Source: an uncultured Verrucomicrobiae bacterium
GTDB taxonomy: Bacteria; Verrucomicrobiota; Verrucomicrobiia; Limisphaerales; Palsa-1400
Length of the DNA stretch: 64,000 nt
Assembly: GCA_963764165.1 (NCBI GenBank)
Contig: CAVXRD010000004.1
Coordinates: forward strand, 32,001 to 96,000
Direction: 5' to 3'
Under the pieces are notes generated by a model. The model was not told the DNA's origin. It made no database searches and saw only the letters and a list, made by a program, of their open reading frames with translations. The position numbers were made by a program, and so were the translations under genes. Below, piece after piece: positions 9,646 through 18,762 of the stretch. Position 1 is the first letter of the stretch. Every line of letters starts with the position of its first letter.

Positions 9646-11119
9646 GGGCGCATCTCAGTTTCTTGCAGAGTAGAGTAAAGTGTGGGGCATGAATGAAACA
9701 TGCGTAAAGAACAGTTCATCACCTTCGGTTGCCCGGGCGGCCTCTGAGCCGTTGGCTGTGCTGGCGGCTCGGGCGGGGTGTGCCCTGGAAGCCTCCATCG
9801 TCCGTTGCGCCAACTCTGAAGATCAAACTCTGGGGCACCTGGAAATCCAAGCCGCGCACGATGTCAAAGAATTGCTGCGCGCGACTCTGGAGCGCGGGGC
9901 GCAGGCCAAGGCCGACGGCGCTCCGCCGCTCTGCCCGGTCTGCCAGCAGAAGCTCACGCGCTTGTCCGCCAGCCATCCGCGCACGTTTCAAACCCGCCAC
10001 GGGGCCATCACCATCAAGCGCGCCAGAGGTTACTGCAAACGCTGCGGCAAATGGCGCGTGCCGGCCGACATCGCCTTGGGCTTGGAGGAAGGGGCCGGCC
10101 ATTCTCCGGCGGTGCAGGAGACGGCCGCCCTTTTGGCCAGCAAAATGCCGGTGGAAGAGGCCAGTGCGGTCTTCGAGCACCTGACGGGAATGAAGATGCC
10201 CCGCGCCACCCTGGACCGGCAGGCCCGCCGCCAGGGAGAGCGGGCGCAGGCACTGCGAACCGAACTGGACAAACAAGCGCCCCGCGCCAAGGCGCAAATG
10301 GAACTGGCGCTGGAGCCCTACCAGATGATCATTCAGATGGGCGCCTGGAACATTCGCGAACGAGACCATCGGGGGCAGAGCGCGGCGCGGCGGCGCCGGA
10401 GCCAAGAGCCGGAACGGTGGCACTGGGTCTACACTGGCACGGTCTTTCGCCTGGATCACCGGGGGCGGACGTCCGGAGGACGGCCCATCATTAGCGAGCG
10501 CGGATTTGTGGTCACGCGCCAGGGCATCGACGCGCTGCGCCAACAGATGCACGGCGAAGCGTTGCGGCGCGGGCTGGGGCAGGCGGCGGGAGCGTTGGTC
10601 ATCGCGGACGGGGCGGCTTGGATTTGGCGTTTGGCCGACGACCGTTTTCCAGAGGCCCGCCAGCGGCTGGACTTCTATCATGCGGTGCAGCATCTGGCCT
10701 CGGTGGGGCGGGCCCTCTTTGGGGAAGACAAGGAGAAATATCGAAAGTGGCTCCAGCCATTGGTGCGGCAGCTCAAAAATCAATCCGCGGTCAAAGTCAT
10801 CAGCCAACTCCAAGAGGCGCTGGAGCGCATGCCCGCCGGTGAACCAGCCCAAACGGTGGCCAAAGAAATAGAATACTTTCAAGAACACAAGTCGCGCATG
10901 GATTACCGCGCGGGACGGCGCGCGGGCGAACCCATTGGCAGCGGTCCCGTCGAAGCCACCTGCCGACAAACCCAATGCAGGTTCAAACGGCCCGGCCAGT
11001 TTTGGAGCCAGCGCGGCGACGAAGCGCTGTTGTGCCTGGAAACGTTCTGGCGCAACAAACGATGGAACCTCCTTTTTCCTCACACCTCCTTCAACCCTGC
11101 AAGAAACTGAGATGCGCCC
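9646..11119 (+). mobile_element. Insertion sequence, ISKra4/ISLre2-like
   Basis: Perfect 23-bp terminal inverted repeats GGGCGCATCTCAGTTTCTTGCAG (9646-9668 and 11097-11119) enclosing a transposase gene. Confidence 0.9.
9689..11110 (+). CDS. ISKra4/UPF0236-type DDE transposase
   Basis: CPVC...CKRC zinc finger, IADGAAWIW, LDFYHA and PIGSGPVEA motifs. The stop codon lies inside the right IR. Confidence 0.85.
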   Translation: MNETCVKNSSSPSVARAASEPLAVLAARAGCALEASIVRCANSEDQTLGHLEIQAAHDVKELLRATLERGAQAKADGAPPLCPVCQQKLTRLSASHPRTFQTRHGAITIKRARGYCKRCGKWRVPADIALGLEEGAGHSPAVQETAALLASKMPVEEASAVFEHLTGMKMPRATLDRQARRQGERAQALRTELDKQAPRAKAQMELALEPYQMIIQMGAWNIRERDHRGQSAARRRRSQEPERWHWVYTGTVFRLDHRGRTSGGRPIISERGFVVTRQGIDALRQQMHGEALRRGLGQAAGALVIADGAAWIWRLADDRFPEARQRLDFYHAVQHLASVGRALFGEDKEKYRKWLQPLVRQLKNQSAVKVISQLQEALERMPAGEPAQTVAKEIEYFQEHKSRMDYRAGRRAGEPIGSGPVEATCRQTQCRFKRPGQFWSQRGDEALLCLETFWRNKRWNLLFPHTSFNPARN

Positions 11120-11276
11120 GGACTTTAACCTCACGGTGGTGCGAGGTGGATCTCATTGCCGCCCTTCGTTAACTTCGTTTCCTTCTGTTGAAATTTTTAA
11201 AAAAAGGAAACAAAGGTACCGGCGAATTCGGTTTTAGGCGCATTTTGGGCAACTGTAATCTCTATTCATGCGCCGA

Positions 11277-11573
11277 TCACTTTCCGTGGCTGATCCTCAG
11301 AATCTTCCCGTTGTCTTTTTCGATCTCGGCAACAGCCACTCCACCGTGCATGCCTTTCGGCAGCGACCCCTCGACTATCCATACGCCGTGGGCATCCAGG
11401 CTTGCCTTATACGGCTTTTCTCCAGCGATTTCCTTTTTGCCATAAATCGGCTCCCAAACCGCAACGGCGACCTTGATGGCAGTTTCGGCGTCGGGCACCT
11501 TGGCGGGTGCGCAACCAGATACGAAAACAATCATGGGCGCAACGATGAAGGCAATGGAGTGTGTCTTGTTCAT
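11277..11573 (-). CDS. NTF2-fold immunity-like protein (YbbC/YhhH-like), probable lipoprotein
   Basis: VPDAETAIKVA...IYG...EKPY...W.VEGSL...GGVA..EI.K..GKIL.ISHGK; lipobox-like VSGC. Confidence 0.75.
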   Translation of the reverse strand: MNKTHSIAFIVAPMIVFVSGCAPAKVPDAETAIKVAVAVWEPIYGKKEIAGEKPYKASLDAHGVWIVEGSLPKGMHGGVAVAEIEKDNGKILRISHGK

Positions 11574-12319
11574 TTCAATACCAAATATTTATTCGGCACA
11601 TTAAGTTCTTGGGGAATAATTCGCCCCGAAGCTTGCGCGAGCAGCTTAATGTTTTCATACACATCGCGCTCGTCGCGTTGAAACTGCCGCAACAGTCCCG
11701 CTTGCGCATAAGATATCGGCGTGGCATCAAAAATCGTTGTTTCCCAATCAAAGCCTTTCCCCCATGTGATCCCTGCCACACGAATGTCCGCTCTCGCGCC
11801 GCGCTCCAACAGCAATCGCATCACGGGCTGGCAATGATTGCGGTGCTGGCAGACGGTATGAAAAATTGGCGTGTGCCCGTTGAAACCATAATCATCAACG
11901 GCAGCCTTCGCCTCCACATCCGCTCCCGACTCGATCAAAACTCTTGCGGCTTTCACGAGGCCAAACTCGGCCGCCACATGCAGCAACGATGCGCCAAGCA
12001 GCGGGGTAAATGCGCAGTGGATGTCCACTTTGTGGCGTAGCAAAGAAGGATTTTTGCGGAGTTCCCCTTCAAGCACATCCGCGTCATCCAGGAGAACAGC
12101 CAGAAGGCCAGCATCCCCGCACCGCGCTCCGGCTTGCATCAGGCATCGAACGCAATCCGAAAACTTCGGTGATCGAAGATACATTTCAACCAACAACGTC
12201 AGCGGCGTTTTCCCGTCTACCAAACCGTTGACATCAATGCCCGAGGCCAGAGCTTCTTGAATCATTTCGGTCGAATGAATTTCGAAGCCTGTCAGGAGGG
12301 TGTTCTGTGGTGTCATCAT
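11570..12319 (-). CDS. Ankyrin repeat protein
   Basis: GKTPL, SLLHVAAEFG...LIESGADV and GHTPIFH. Confidence 0.8.
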   Translation of the reverse strand: MMTPQNTLLTGFEIHSTEMIQEALASGIDVNGLVDGKTPLTLLVEMYLRSPKFSDCVRCLMQAGARCGDAGLLAVLLDDADVLEGELRKNPSLLRHKVDIHCAFTPLLGASLLHVAAEFGLVKAARVLIESGADVEAKAAVDDYGFNGHTPIFHTVCQHRNHCQPVMRLLLERGARADIRVAGITWGKGFDWETTIFDATPISYAQAGLLRQFQRDERDVYENIKLLAQASGRIIPQELNVPNKYLVLK

Positions 12320-12381
12320 AACTTGTTGGCTTCACTCACATTATGCAGTGGTTGCCTTGCGTGCAGACTTATAGACGAGAA

Positions 12382-12768
12382 TCACCTCGCTTTTTTGCTT
12401 TCGTAAATTGCTTCAATCAGTTCCTTGGCCTCGCGCAGGCCGATCCCGGGATTCTCCTCGCGGTAAAGTCTGATGGCTGCAATCTTGGTTCTGGGATCCT
12501 TGGCCAGTTGCTCCACCTCGGGAGACATGCCACCTGCCGGTGGCGGCGGCAGTTCGATGCCTTGATGCTTTAGAAGGGCCTCCACCTTTCTCTGGAGCTC
12601 GCGCATCTGGCGAGTCAATAGTTTGACGTCTTCATGCGAGCGTCTGGCATAATAACCCCCGCGCCCACCAAAGATTCCCAGAACGACGGCGCCTCCTGTA
12701 AAAATCGCCAAAAATGCGGCGGTGGCGGCGTAGTCCTTGACCTCGAAAGCTGCAATTGCTGTTGTCAT
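12382..12768 (-). CDS. Membrane-anchored protein with a ribosomal L7/L12-like C-terminal domain
   Basis: TM helix, coiled coil, KIAAIRLYRE..PGIGLREAKELIE. Confidence 0.7.
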   Translation of the reverse strand: MTTAIAAFEVKDYAATAAFLAIFTGGAVVLGIFGGRGGYYARRSHEDVKLLTRQMRELQRKVEALLKHQGIELPPPPAGGMSPEVEQLAKDPRTKIAAIRLYREENPGIGLREAKELIEAIYESKKAR

Positions 12769-13229
12769 AATTGATGCGCTGGTGATTCCGTCCAACTTCC
12801 ATTTTGCAACGGATGGCTCGCTTCTGAAACACAAAAATCCAGTTGCCGATACTCGAATCCATCATTCCGCCAGCAAAATCTCTTTACGCCGCCACCGCAG
12901 CATTGCAATTCGAATTAGGTTTGGATGGCGTGTAACTTAAAATCCTTTTCATGGAGCAGCCGGGCGATGTTGCTCGTGAGGGCGCGGCCCGTCCGCCCGC
13001 ATCACCCCTGCCCCCGCGCCCCCCGTCGATGCTTTTGTGTCCGGTCCCGCCTTAACAATCGATGTTTCGCTTCTCATGTGCCGATATACCACATAAGAGT
13101 GTAATTACATGAGGAATTGACAAACATGGCTGCGGCCTTATGTTTCTCCCCTGTCGCCATCAGGGCGTGTTCTTTGATATTTTGTGGATTCCCGCGCCGT
13201 CGCAGCTCGGAGGGTGCATGTCGTTTTTT

Positions 13230-13392
13230 TAGCAGCGCCAGAGGCGCGGCATCTTTATAGTTTGTCGTTCCCTCTAAGATTAAGCCTCGTGGAGGCGACA
13301 TCTCCGTTGCAATGCTCGAAATGGGCCGCCCCGACGGGGCTCGTTCTTCATTGGATGTGGTTGAGCTATAAATATTTCGCTCCTGGCGGAGA
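13230..13392. repeat. Degenerate REP-like palindrome cluster
   Basis: Short GC palindromes (gcgccagaggcgc, gccccgacggggc) in an intergenic region. Confidence 0.45.
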
Positions 13393-13454
13393 AGAGATGA
13401 GAGGAGAGGACCGTGTGCAAAAAGCGGGATGCGCCCGTGACTTAATTAACGCTG

Positions 13455-13500
13455 CTCCGGGCGTTGCACGCTATTGCACCCTATTGCACCCTTGGTTTTT
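13455..13500 (+). repeat. Phased TTGCAC motif, copy 1 of 3
   Basis: CGTTGCACGCTATTGCACCCTATTGCACCCTTGGTTTTT; related copies at about 23896-23935 and 45054-45099 on the minus strand. Confidence 0.75.
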
Positions 13501-13617
13501 CCAGACAAGGAGGGTGTCCTCACTGCCAATGAAATATGGCCAACGCCTCCAGAACGAAGACTTTGGGATGCGATACGCAGCACTGTGTTTCATTGAATCG
13601 GCTCCAGCCGGAAGAAA

Positions 13618-13705
13618 TGTAGCGGGTTGTAGCGGCCCTGTAGCGCCCAATGTAGCGGTTTATCTAGTTGATAATCAACGATGTAGCGGGTGTAGCGGGT
13701 TTTTC
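13618..13705. repeat. Six TGTAGCG direct repeats around the palindrome GTTGATAATCAAC
   Basis: Copies start at 13618, 13628, 13639, 13651, 13682 and 13691; palindrome at 13667-13679. Confidence 0.75.
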
Positions 13706-13847
13706 GAGATTATATGATTATTCGCACTGAAACAAGGGTTTGACACCCTTCACCCGCTCCATTTCTGGCAACGCCGTGAACTTAACAGCCAAACAAACAA
13801 ATTGTTTATTGCACGAACCCATCGAACCCGTTAGAGTTGGGGCACTT

Positions 13848-14018
13848 ATGAAACACTCAACTCTACTGCTTTTGGCTTCAGTTTGTTTCTGCTTCCTTTT
13901 CCCGGCGTTCGATGCGGCGGCTGGCCCCCGCGTCGTTCATCACAAACGCCATCGCGCGCATATTCGGCATCACCGCCATCATCATCACCACAAGCACGTC
14001 GCCGTCGTTATTAGATAG
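13848..14018 (+). CDS. Small secreted His/Arg-rich peptide
   Basis: Signal peptide followed by HHKRHRAHIRHHRHHHHHKH. Confidence 0.6.
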   Translation: MKHSTLLLLASVCFCFLFPAFDAAAGPRVVHHKRHRAHIRHHRHHHHHKHVAVVIR

Positions 14019-14030
14019 CCAGCAGCGGTT

Positions 14031-14867
14031 ATGCGGATTCCCCTGGTCAGCGTGGCGCTGATGCTGGCATTGGTGGTCGCCCGCCCCGCCATTGCCTATG
14101 ACGATACAGTCGCTCTTTCCGCGACTCCGAAGGCCGTGCAAGCCGCGATCAACGCGCGAATTGCCGGCGGAAAATTGGATGCAATCGAGAGTTCAAAAGA
14201 AAACGGCGAAGTGACCTTCGACGTCGATTGGGTCGACAAAAACGGCAAGGATTGCAGTTTTACGGTGGCCGATGACGGCACGATATTGAGCGAGGAAGTG
14301 GAGCTGGCCGACGTTCCGGCGCCCGTCCAAAGGGCAATCAAGGAACAGGCAACCGGGTTTGAGTTGGAATCTTTGGAAAAAAGCGTCGACGACCCGGCGA
14401 ATATCTCCTACAGCGTCGAGGTCAGCAAAGACGGCAAGAGCAAATGGTTCACCGTCGCGGCGGACGGAAGCCTCTCCAGCAAGGAGATCGCGCTCGCCGA
14501 CGCGCCCGCCGCGGTCCAGGCGATAGTGAAGCAAAAATCCGCCGGAGGCGAAATCGAGTCCGTCGAACAGAATTTCGAAGACGGAATCACGTTCGACATC
14601 ACGCTCAGCTCAGGCGGCGTGGAATCGTCCTTCCTGGTCTCCCTGACAGGGGCCATCGTCAGTGAGCAAATGGACATGGCGACCCTTCCGGAAGGCGTCA
14701 AGACTACGATTCGCGAGCATATTGGAAACGGCAAAGTCTTGCGGGTCGATCGCAACCTGGCTGAGAAGCGCAGCAACGTTTTTCCATTCGAAGTTCACGG
14801 ACGCAAAGACGGCAAGCCATTCGATTTCAGCGTCGGCCCGCGGGGACGATTTCTTGGAATGGATTGA
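14031..14867 (+). CDS. Secreted PepSY-like/BLIP-like repeat protein
   Basis: Four repeats of the form 'LADxPAxVQxAI...F.VxxDG'; signal peptide. Confidence 0.7.
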   Translation: MRIPLVSVALMLALVVARPAIAYDDTVALSATPKAVQAAINARIAGGKLDAIESSKENGEVTFDVDWVDKNGKDCSFTVADDGTILSEEVELADVPAPVQRAIKEQATGFELESLEKSVDDPANISYSVEVSKDGKSKWFTVAADGSLSSKEIALADAPAAVQAIVKQKSAGGEIESVEQNFEDGITFDITLSSGGVESSFLVSLTGAIVSEQMDMATLPEGVKTTIREHIGNGKVLRVDRNLAEKRSNVFPFEVHGRKDGKPFDFSVGPRGRFLGMD

Positions 14868-14922
14868 TCCAGCGTCGCTGGCAAGGCGCAGGCAGCAAAT
14901 CAAGCTGACAGGCAGCTTGCGC

Positions 14923-15771
14923 TTACTTCACGAACTCCAATTCCTGGCGATGTGGAATAAGACCCGCTTCGTAGGCTTTTCCGAGAAAGCGGCGGATGGC
15001 CTCGCGGCCTTTTTCGCCGTAGTCAAGAGTCCAATGATTGACGTACATACCGACGAATTGATCGGCCAGGTCTTTTCCCATGTCCCGCGCGTAGTGCAAG
15101 GCGTGGGCCACCGCCTCCGGGCGATGGTCAAGACTAAATTGAATGCTGGCGCTGAGGATGCGCGCGATGGTTGAGCGCGTTTCCTCGGAGAAACGTTTGT
15201 GGATCACGTTCCCGCCCAGAGGCAGCGGCAGTCCGTCGTTCTCGCGTTTCCACCACGCCCCGAGATCTTCACATACGGCGAGTCCTTCCTTCTGATACGT
15301 CAGTTGGCCTTCGTGAATAATCAATCCCACTTCCGCCAGGCCGCTCCGCACCGCGGCAAAGATTTGATCGAACGGCACGACGACGAAGTTGATCTTGGCC
15401 GCCGGACGTTGCAGCCAAAGTTGAAGAGCCAGGAATGCGCTGGTCATGGTTCCAGGCACCGCGATTTTCTTTTCCGCGACTTCCTCACGGGTGTACACTC
15501 GTTTCGCAACCAACATCGGACCATAGCCGTCGCCCATGCTGGCGCCGCTGGGCAGGAGCGCATATTTGTCGCTCACATAAGCGTAGGCGTGAAAGCTGAT
15601 CGCGCTAATGTCGAGTTCGCCGCGGCGCGCGCGTTCGTTCAGGGTCTGGATGTCCTGTAAAATGTGCTCGAAAGCGAATCCCCCAGTGGGGATCAATCCT
15701 TTGGCCAGCCCGTAAAACATGAACGCGTCGTCGGGATCCGGCGAGTGTCCAAGAGTCAATGTTTGCGACAT
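14923..15771 (-). CDS. mqnD: 1,4-dihydroxy-6-naphthoate synthase (futalosine menaquinone pathway)
   Basis: GHSPDPDDAFMFY, SMGDGYGP, IIHEGQLTY, LPLPLG and MYVN motifs. Confidence 0.9.
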   Translation of the reverse strand: MSQTLTLGHSPDPDDAFMFYGLAKGLIPTGGFAFEHILQDIQTLNERARRGELDISAISFHAYAYVSDKYALLPSGASMGDGYGPMLVAKRVYTREEVAEKKIAVPGTMTSAFLALQLWLQRPAAKINFVVVPFDQIFAAVRSGLAEVGLIIHEGQLTYQKEGLAVCEDLGAWWKRENDGLPLPLGGNVIHKRFSEETRSTIARILSASIQFSLDHRPEAVAHALHYARDMGKDLADQFVGMYVNHWTLDYGEKGREAIRRFLGKAYEAGLIPHRQELEFVK

Positions 15772-15820
15772 GGGAAAACGTTGCCGAAACGCCCTCGCAA
15801 AGTCGAGAGCGCGCCGCCTT

Positions 15821-16321
15821 TCAGCGTCCCATGCGTGACAATTGTTTCGCGGTGAGCAGCCAGTTCAGGGTCGCGCATTTTCCGAAAAAGAGCCGCCCGA
15901 TGGTCAATTTGCACAAGCCCGCCTTCTTCAGTTCAATCGCCATGCTGTCCTCGCCGCTGAGCAGCGTCGAGATAAGGCGGCTCATGAATGGCTCGTGTCC
16001 CACCAGCAGTATCTCGCCCGCCGAAGCATGGTCTTCATTGATCTCGTCGAGAATCTTTTTGACAGGAGCGTCGGATGTGAGATTCGCGGTTTCCACCAAC
16101 TTGTCGGAATCGTAAACCTCAGCCAGAATTTCCGCAGTGCGCTTCGCCCTCACCCAAGGACTGGCGAGGATGACATCGAAGGAAATATCCATCGTCTTCA
16201 TTCCTTCGGCCACTTCGAACATGTCGCCTTCTCCCTCGTTCGTGAGCGGGCGTTTGCTGTCAGGACGCCAGCGGGGGCCGCGCGGCTCCGCCTTCGCGTG
16301 TCGCAGAAAATACAGAATCAT
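15821..16321 (-). CDS. sixA: Phosphohistidine phosphatase SixA
   Basis: LRHAKA, D..RPLT.EG, SP..RA..TA and LVGHEP. Confidence 0.85.
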   Translation of the reverse strand: MILYFLRHAKAEPRGPRWRPDSKRPLTNEGEGDMFEVAEGMKTMDISFDVILASPWVRAKRTAEILAEVYDSDKLVETANLTSDAPVKKILDEINEDHASAGEILLVGHEPFMSRLISTLLSGEDSMAIELKKAGLCKLTIGRLFFGKCATLNWLLTAKQLSRMGR

Positions 16322-16324
16322 AAA

Positions 16325-17185
16325 TCATCCGAAGCGTCCGGTGACGTAGGCTTCTGTTTGGGAGTTGGACGGGTTGGTGAAGATCTTCCGTGTCTGATCG
16401 AATTCAACCAATCGTCCGAGATAAAAAAAAGCTGTGAAATCGGAAATGCGCGAGGCCTGCTGCATGTTGTGCGTCACGATCACAATGGTGAATTTTTTCC
16501 GCAACTCAAGAATCAGCTCCTCGATTTTGGAAGTGGCCAGCGGATCCAGGGCCGAGGCGGGTTCGTCGAGCAGCAACACTTCCGGCTCGATGGCAAGGGC
16601 GCGCGCGATGCAAAGCCGCTGCTGCTGGCCGCCGGAAAGGCTCAGCGCGTTCGAGTGAAGGCGATCTTTCACTTCGTCCCACAACGCCGCCATTCGCAGC
16701 GTTTGCTCGAGCTTGTCGCGCAGAAGAATTTTGTTGCGCACGCCATTGAGACGCAATCCGGCGGTCACATTCTCAGCCACGGACATCGTTGGGAACGGAT
16801 TAGACTTTTGAAAAACCATGCCGACCCGGCGCCGCACCAGCGTGGCGTCCATCTCTGGCGAATACAAATCCTGATCGAACAATGCTATCCTGCCCTCAAC
16901 TTTCGCGCCGGGCGCAAGATCGTGCATCCGGTTCAGCGCGCGCAGGAAGGTGGATTTGCCGCAGCCGCTCGGGCCTATGATCGATGTCACGGCCTGCGAG
17001 GGAATGCGAAGCGTGACATCTGTCAATACTTGATTCGATCCAAACCAAACATTGAGTTTCCGCACATCGAACGTCGTCCCAAACCGCTCGGCGACGCGGC
17101 GGGGCGATGCCGCAACGGCGACGGCGGACGCCCCGTTCGGCGCGGTGAAGGCCTGAGGTTCGTTGGTCATGGCGCGCATCGTCAC
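16325..17185 (-). CDS. pstB: Phosphate ABC transporter ATP-binding protein
   Basis: [43 protein letters not shown] and [10 protein letters not shown]. Confidence 0.92.
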   Translation of the reverse strand: MTMRAMTNEPQAFTAPNGASAVAVAASPRRVAERFGTTFDVRKLNVWFGSNQVLTDVTLRIPSQAVTSIIGPSGCGKSTFLRALNRMHDLAPGAKVEGRIALFDQDLYSPEMDATLVRRRVGMVFQKSNPFPTMSVAENVTAGLRLNGVRNKILLRDKLEQTLRMAALWDEVKDRLHSNALSLSGGQQQRLCIARALAIEPEVLLLDEPASALDPLATSKIEELILELRKKFTIVIVTHNMQQASRISDFTAFFYLGRLVEFDQTRKIFTNPSNSQTEAYVTGRFG

Positions 17186-17225
17186 ACGTCAATCTGGCCT
17201 TGCCCAGCCAATCTCCAAAGCGAAA

Positions 17226-17247
17226 TCGTGTGACGATTCTGTGACAA
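17226..17247 (-). promoter_or_regulatory. PHO-box-like direct repeat upstream of pstB
   Basis: Minus strand TTGTCACAGAA-TCGTCACACGA with 11-bp period. Confidence 0.6.
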
Positions 17248-17310
17248 TCGTAGAGTCAGGCGGCAAAAATGTCTGTTACCTTTTTGCGGGCGGCGGCATT
17301 TAGTTGGTGA

Positions 17311-18762
17311 ATGCACGAACAGGATGACAGCGCGCTCCTGCGGGAGTATGTCCGCGACGGCTCGGAAGAGGCCTTCGCGGCGCTGGTGTCACGGCATGTC
17401 AACAAGGTTTATTCTGTAGCCTTGAGGCATGTGCGGAATCCGCATCAAGCCGAGGAAATCACGCAAGCCGTGTTCGTCATTCTCGCACGAAAAGCCGCCT
17501 GCTTGAACAAACAAGTCATTCTTTCGGGATGGCTTTACCACACAGCGCGCTTGTCGGCTATGACGTTCGTCCGGAGCGAAATCCGCCGCGCACAACGGGA
17601 AAAGGAGGCCCAATTGGAATCGCAAAATCAGGACACCGACTCCCGCGTTTGGTCAGAAATCGCTCCGCTGCTCGACGACGCCATCAGCCGTTTAAACGAG
17701 AAAGACCGGCATGCGATTGTCCTGAGATTCTTCGACGCGAAAAGCATGAGCGAAGTTGGAGCGAACTTGGGACTCGGCGAGGATGCGGCAAAAATGCGGG
17801 TGAGCCGTGCGCTTGAAAAATTGCGCGTCTTTTTTTCCAACCGCGGCATCGCGCATTCCGGAGCCGCGCTGGCGGCGGCGATTTCGGCGCACTCAGTGCA
17901 AGCCTCGCCGCCGGCGCTGGCCGAGAGCATCGCCGCCACTGCGTCCGCCGGAGGCGCAGCGGCGGGCGCGACAGCCACCATTGTGAAAGGAGTATTGACA
18001 GTCATGGCTTGGACAAAAATTAAAACTGCCGTCGTTGGCGCCATTGTCATCGCCAGCATCATCACGCCGATTATGATTCAGCGCCAGGAGAATGCCCGCG
18101 TTCTCCAAGCGCAGGCGGAACTCGAATCGCAGCGCGCACAGCTTGCCGATTTGGAATCGAATCGTGACCGCCTCAACCGCCTCGCGCAGAACGCCGCCCT
18201 GTCGGAAAAGCAGATGGATGACTTGCAGCGGTTGCGAAAGGAAACGGCCGCCCTGCGCGAACAAGCCAAAGCGTTTCCGAAACTCATGCTGGAAAATCAG
18301 GATTTGAAGGCGAAACTCGGCAAGGACAAGCCACCGAGCCCTGAGGAAACGAGGGAGTACGCCATGGCAAAAATGAGTCTGGGAAGGAATTGGGCGATGG
18401 CCTTTTTTCTTTACGCCCAAGATCACAACGGCCAATTCCCGGCAGACTTCACCCAGGCGGAATCGTACTTGTCCGAGCCATCCAACTCCGCCGATAATCC
18501 GCGCGACCATTTCGCAGTCGTTTTTCGTGGCTCTCCCTCAGATCTCGAAAAGCCGGCTGACGTCATTGTGTTTCAGGGGATCGACCCGTGGCCCGTCGTT
18601 TCCGAAGGCGAGCAGCGCTGGGCGAATGCCTATGTCTTTGCGGATGGCCACGCTGAAATCCACAGTCAAACACAAAGCGACTTCTCGGATTACGAACAAC
18701 AGCACATCGTGGCGCCACTCCAAGACGCGCCCGGATCCAATCCGCCATGGAAGACAAAGTGA
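17311..18762 (+). CDS. ECF sigma-70 factor with long C-terminal extension (TM, coiled coil, FADGH domain)
   Basis: AFAALVSRH...AEEITQAVF...LSGWL, the sigma-4 region RVSRALEKLR, and C-terminal YVFADGHAE. Confidence 0.85.
   Translation: MHEQDDSALLREYVRDGSEEAFAALVSRHVNKVYSVALRHVRNPHQAEEITQAVFVILARKAACLNKQVILSGWLYHTARLSAMTFVRSEIRRAQREKEAQLESQNQDTDSRVWSEIAPLLDDAISRLNEKDRHAIVLRFFDAKSMSEVGANLGLGEDAAKMRVSRALEKLRVFFSNRGIAHSGAALAAAISAHSVQASPPALAESIAATASAGGAAAGATATIVKGVLTVMAWTKIKTAVVGAIVIASIITPIMIQRQENARVLQAQAELESQRAQLADLESNRDRLNRLAQNAALSEKQMDDLQRLRKETAALREQAKAFPKLMLENQDLKAKLGKDKPPSPEETREYAMAKMSLGRNWAMAFFLYAQDHNGQFPADFTQAESYLSEPSNSADNPRDHFAVVFRGSPSDLEKPADVIVFQGIDPWPVVSEGEQRWANAYVFADGHAEIHSQTQSDFSDYEQQHIVAPLQDAPGSNPPWKTK

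Noticed and set aside
9719..11134. Long antisense ORFs (also 15842-17233, 41708-43114, 48328-50058, 60020-61339)
   Set aside because: These are shadow frames of well-supported genes in GC-rich DNA and carry no motifs of their own.
8327..12768. Integron cassette array
   Set aside because: Genes are small and co-oriented, but I saw no attC-like sites and no integron integrase.
13455..13705. CRISPR array
   Set aside because: Repeats are 7-10 bp with no unique 30-40 bp spacers, and there are no cas genes in the window.
13184..13717. 177-aa ORF in the repeat-rich gap
   Set aside because: It is a translation of REP-like and tandem repeats, with no protein-like features.
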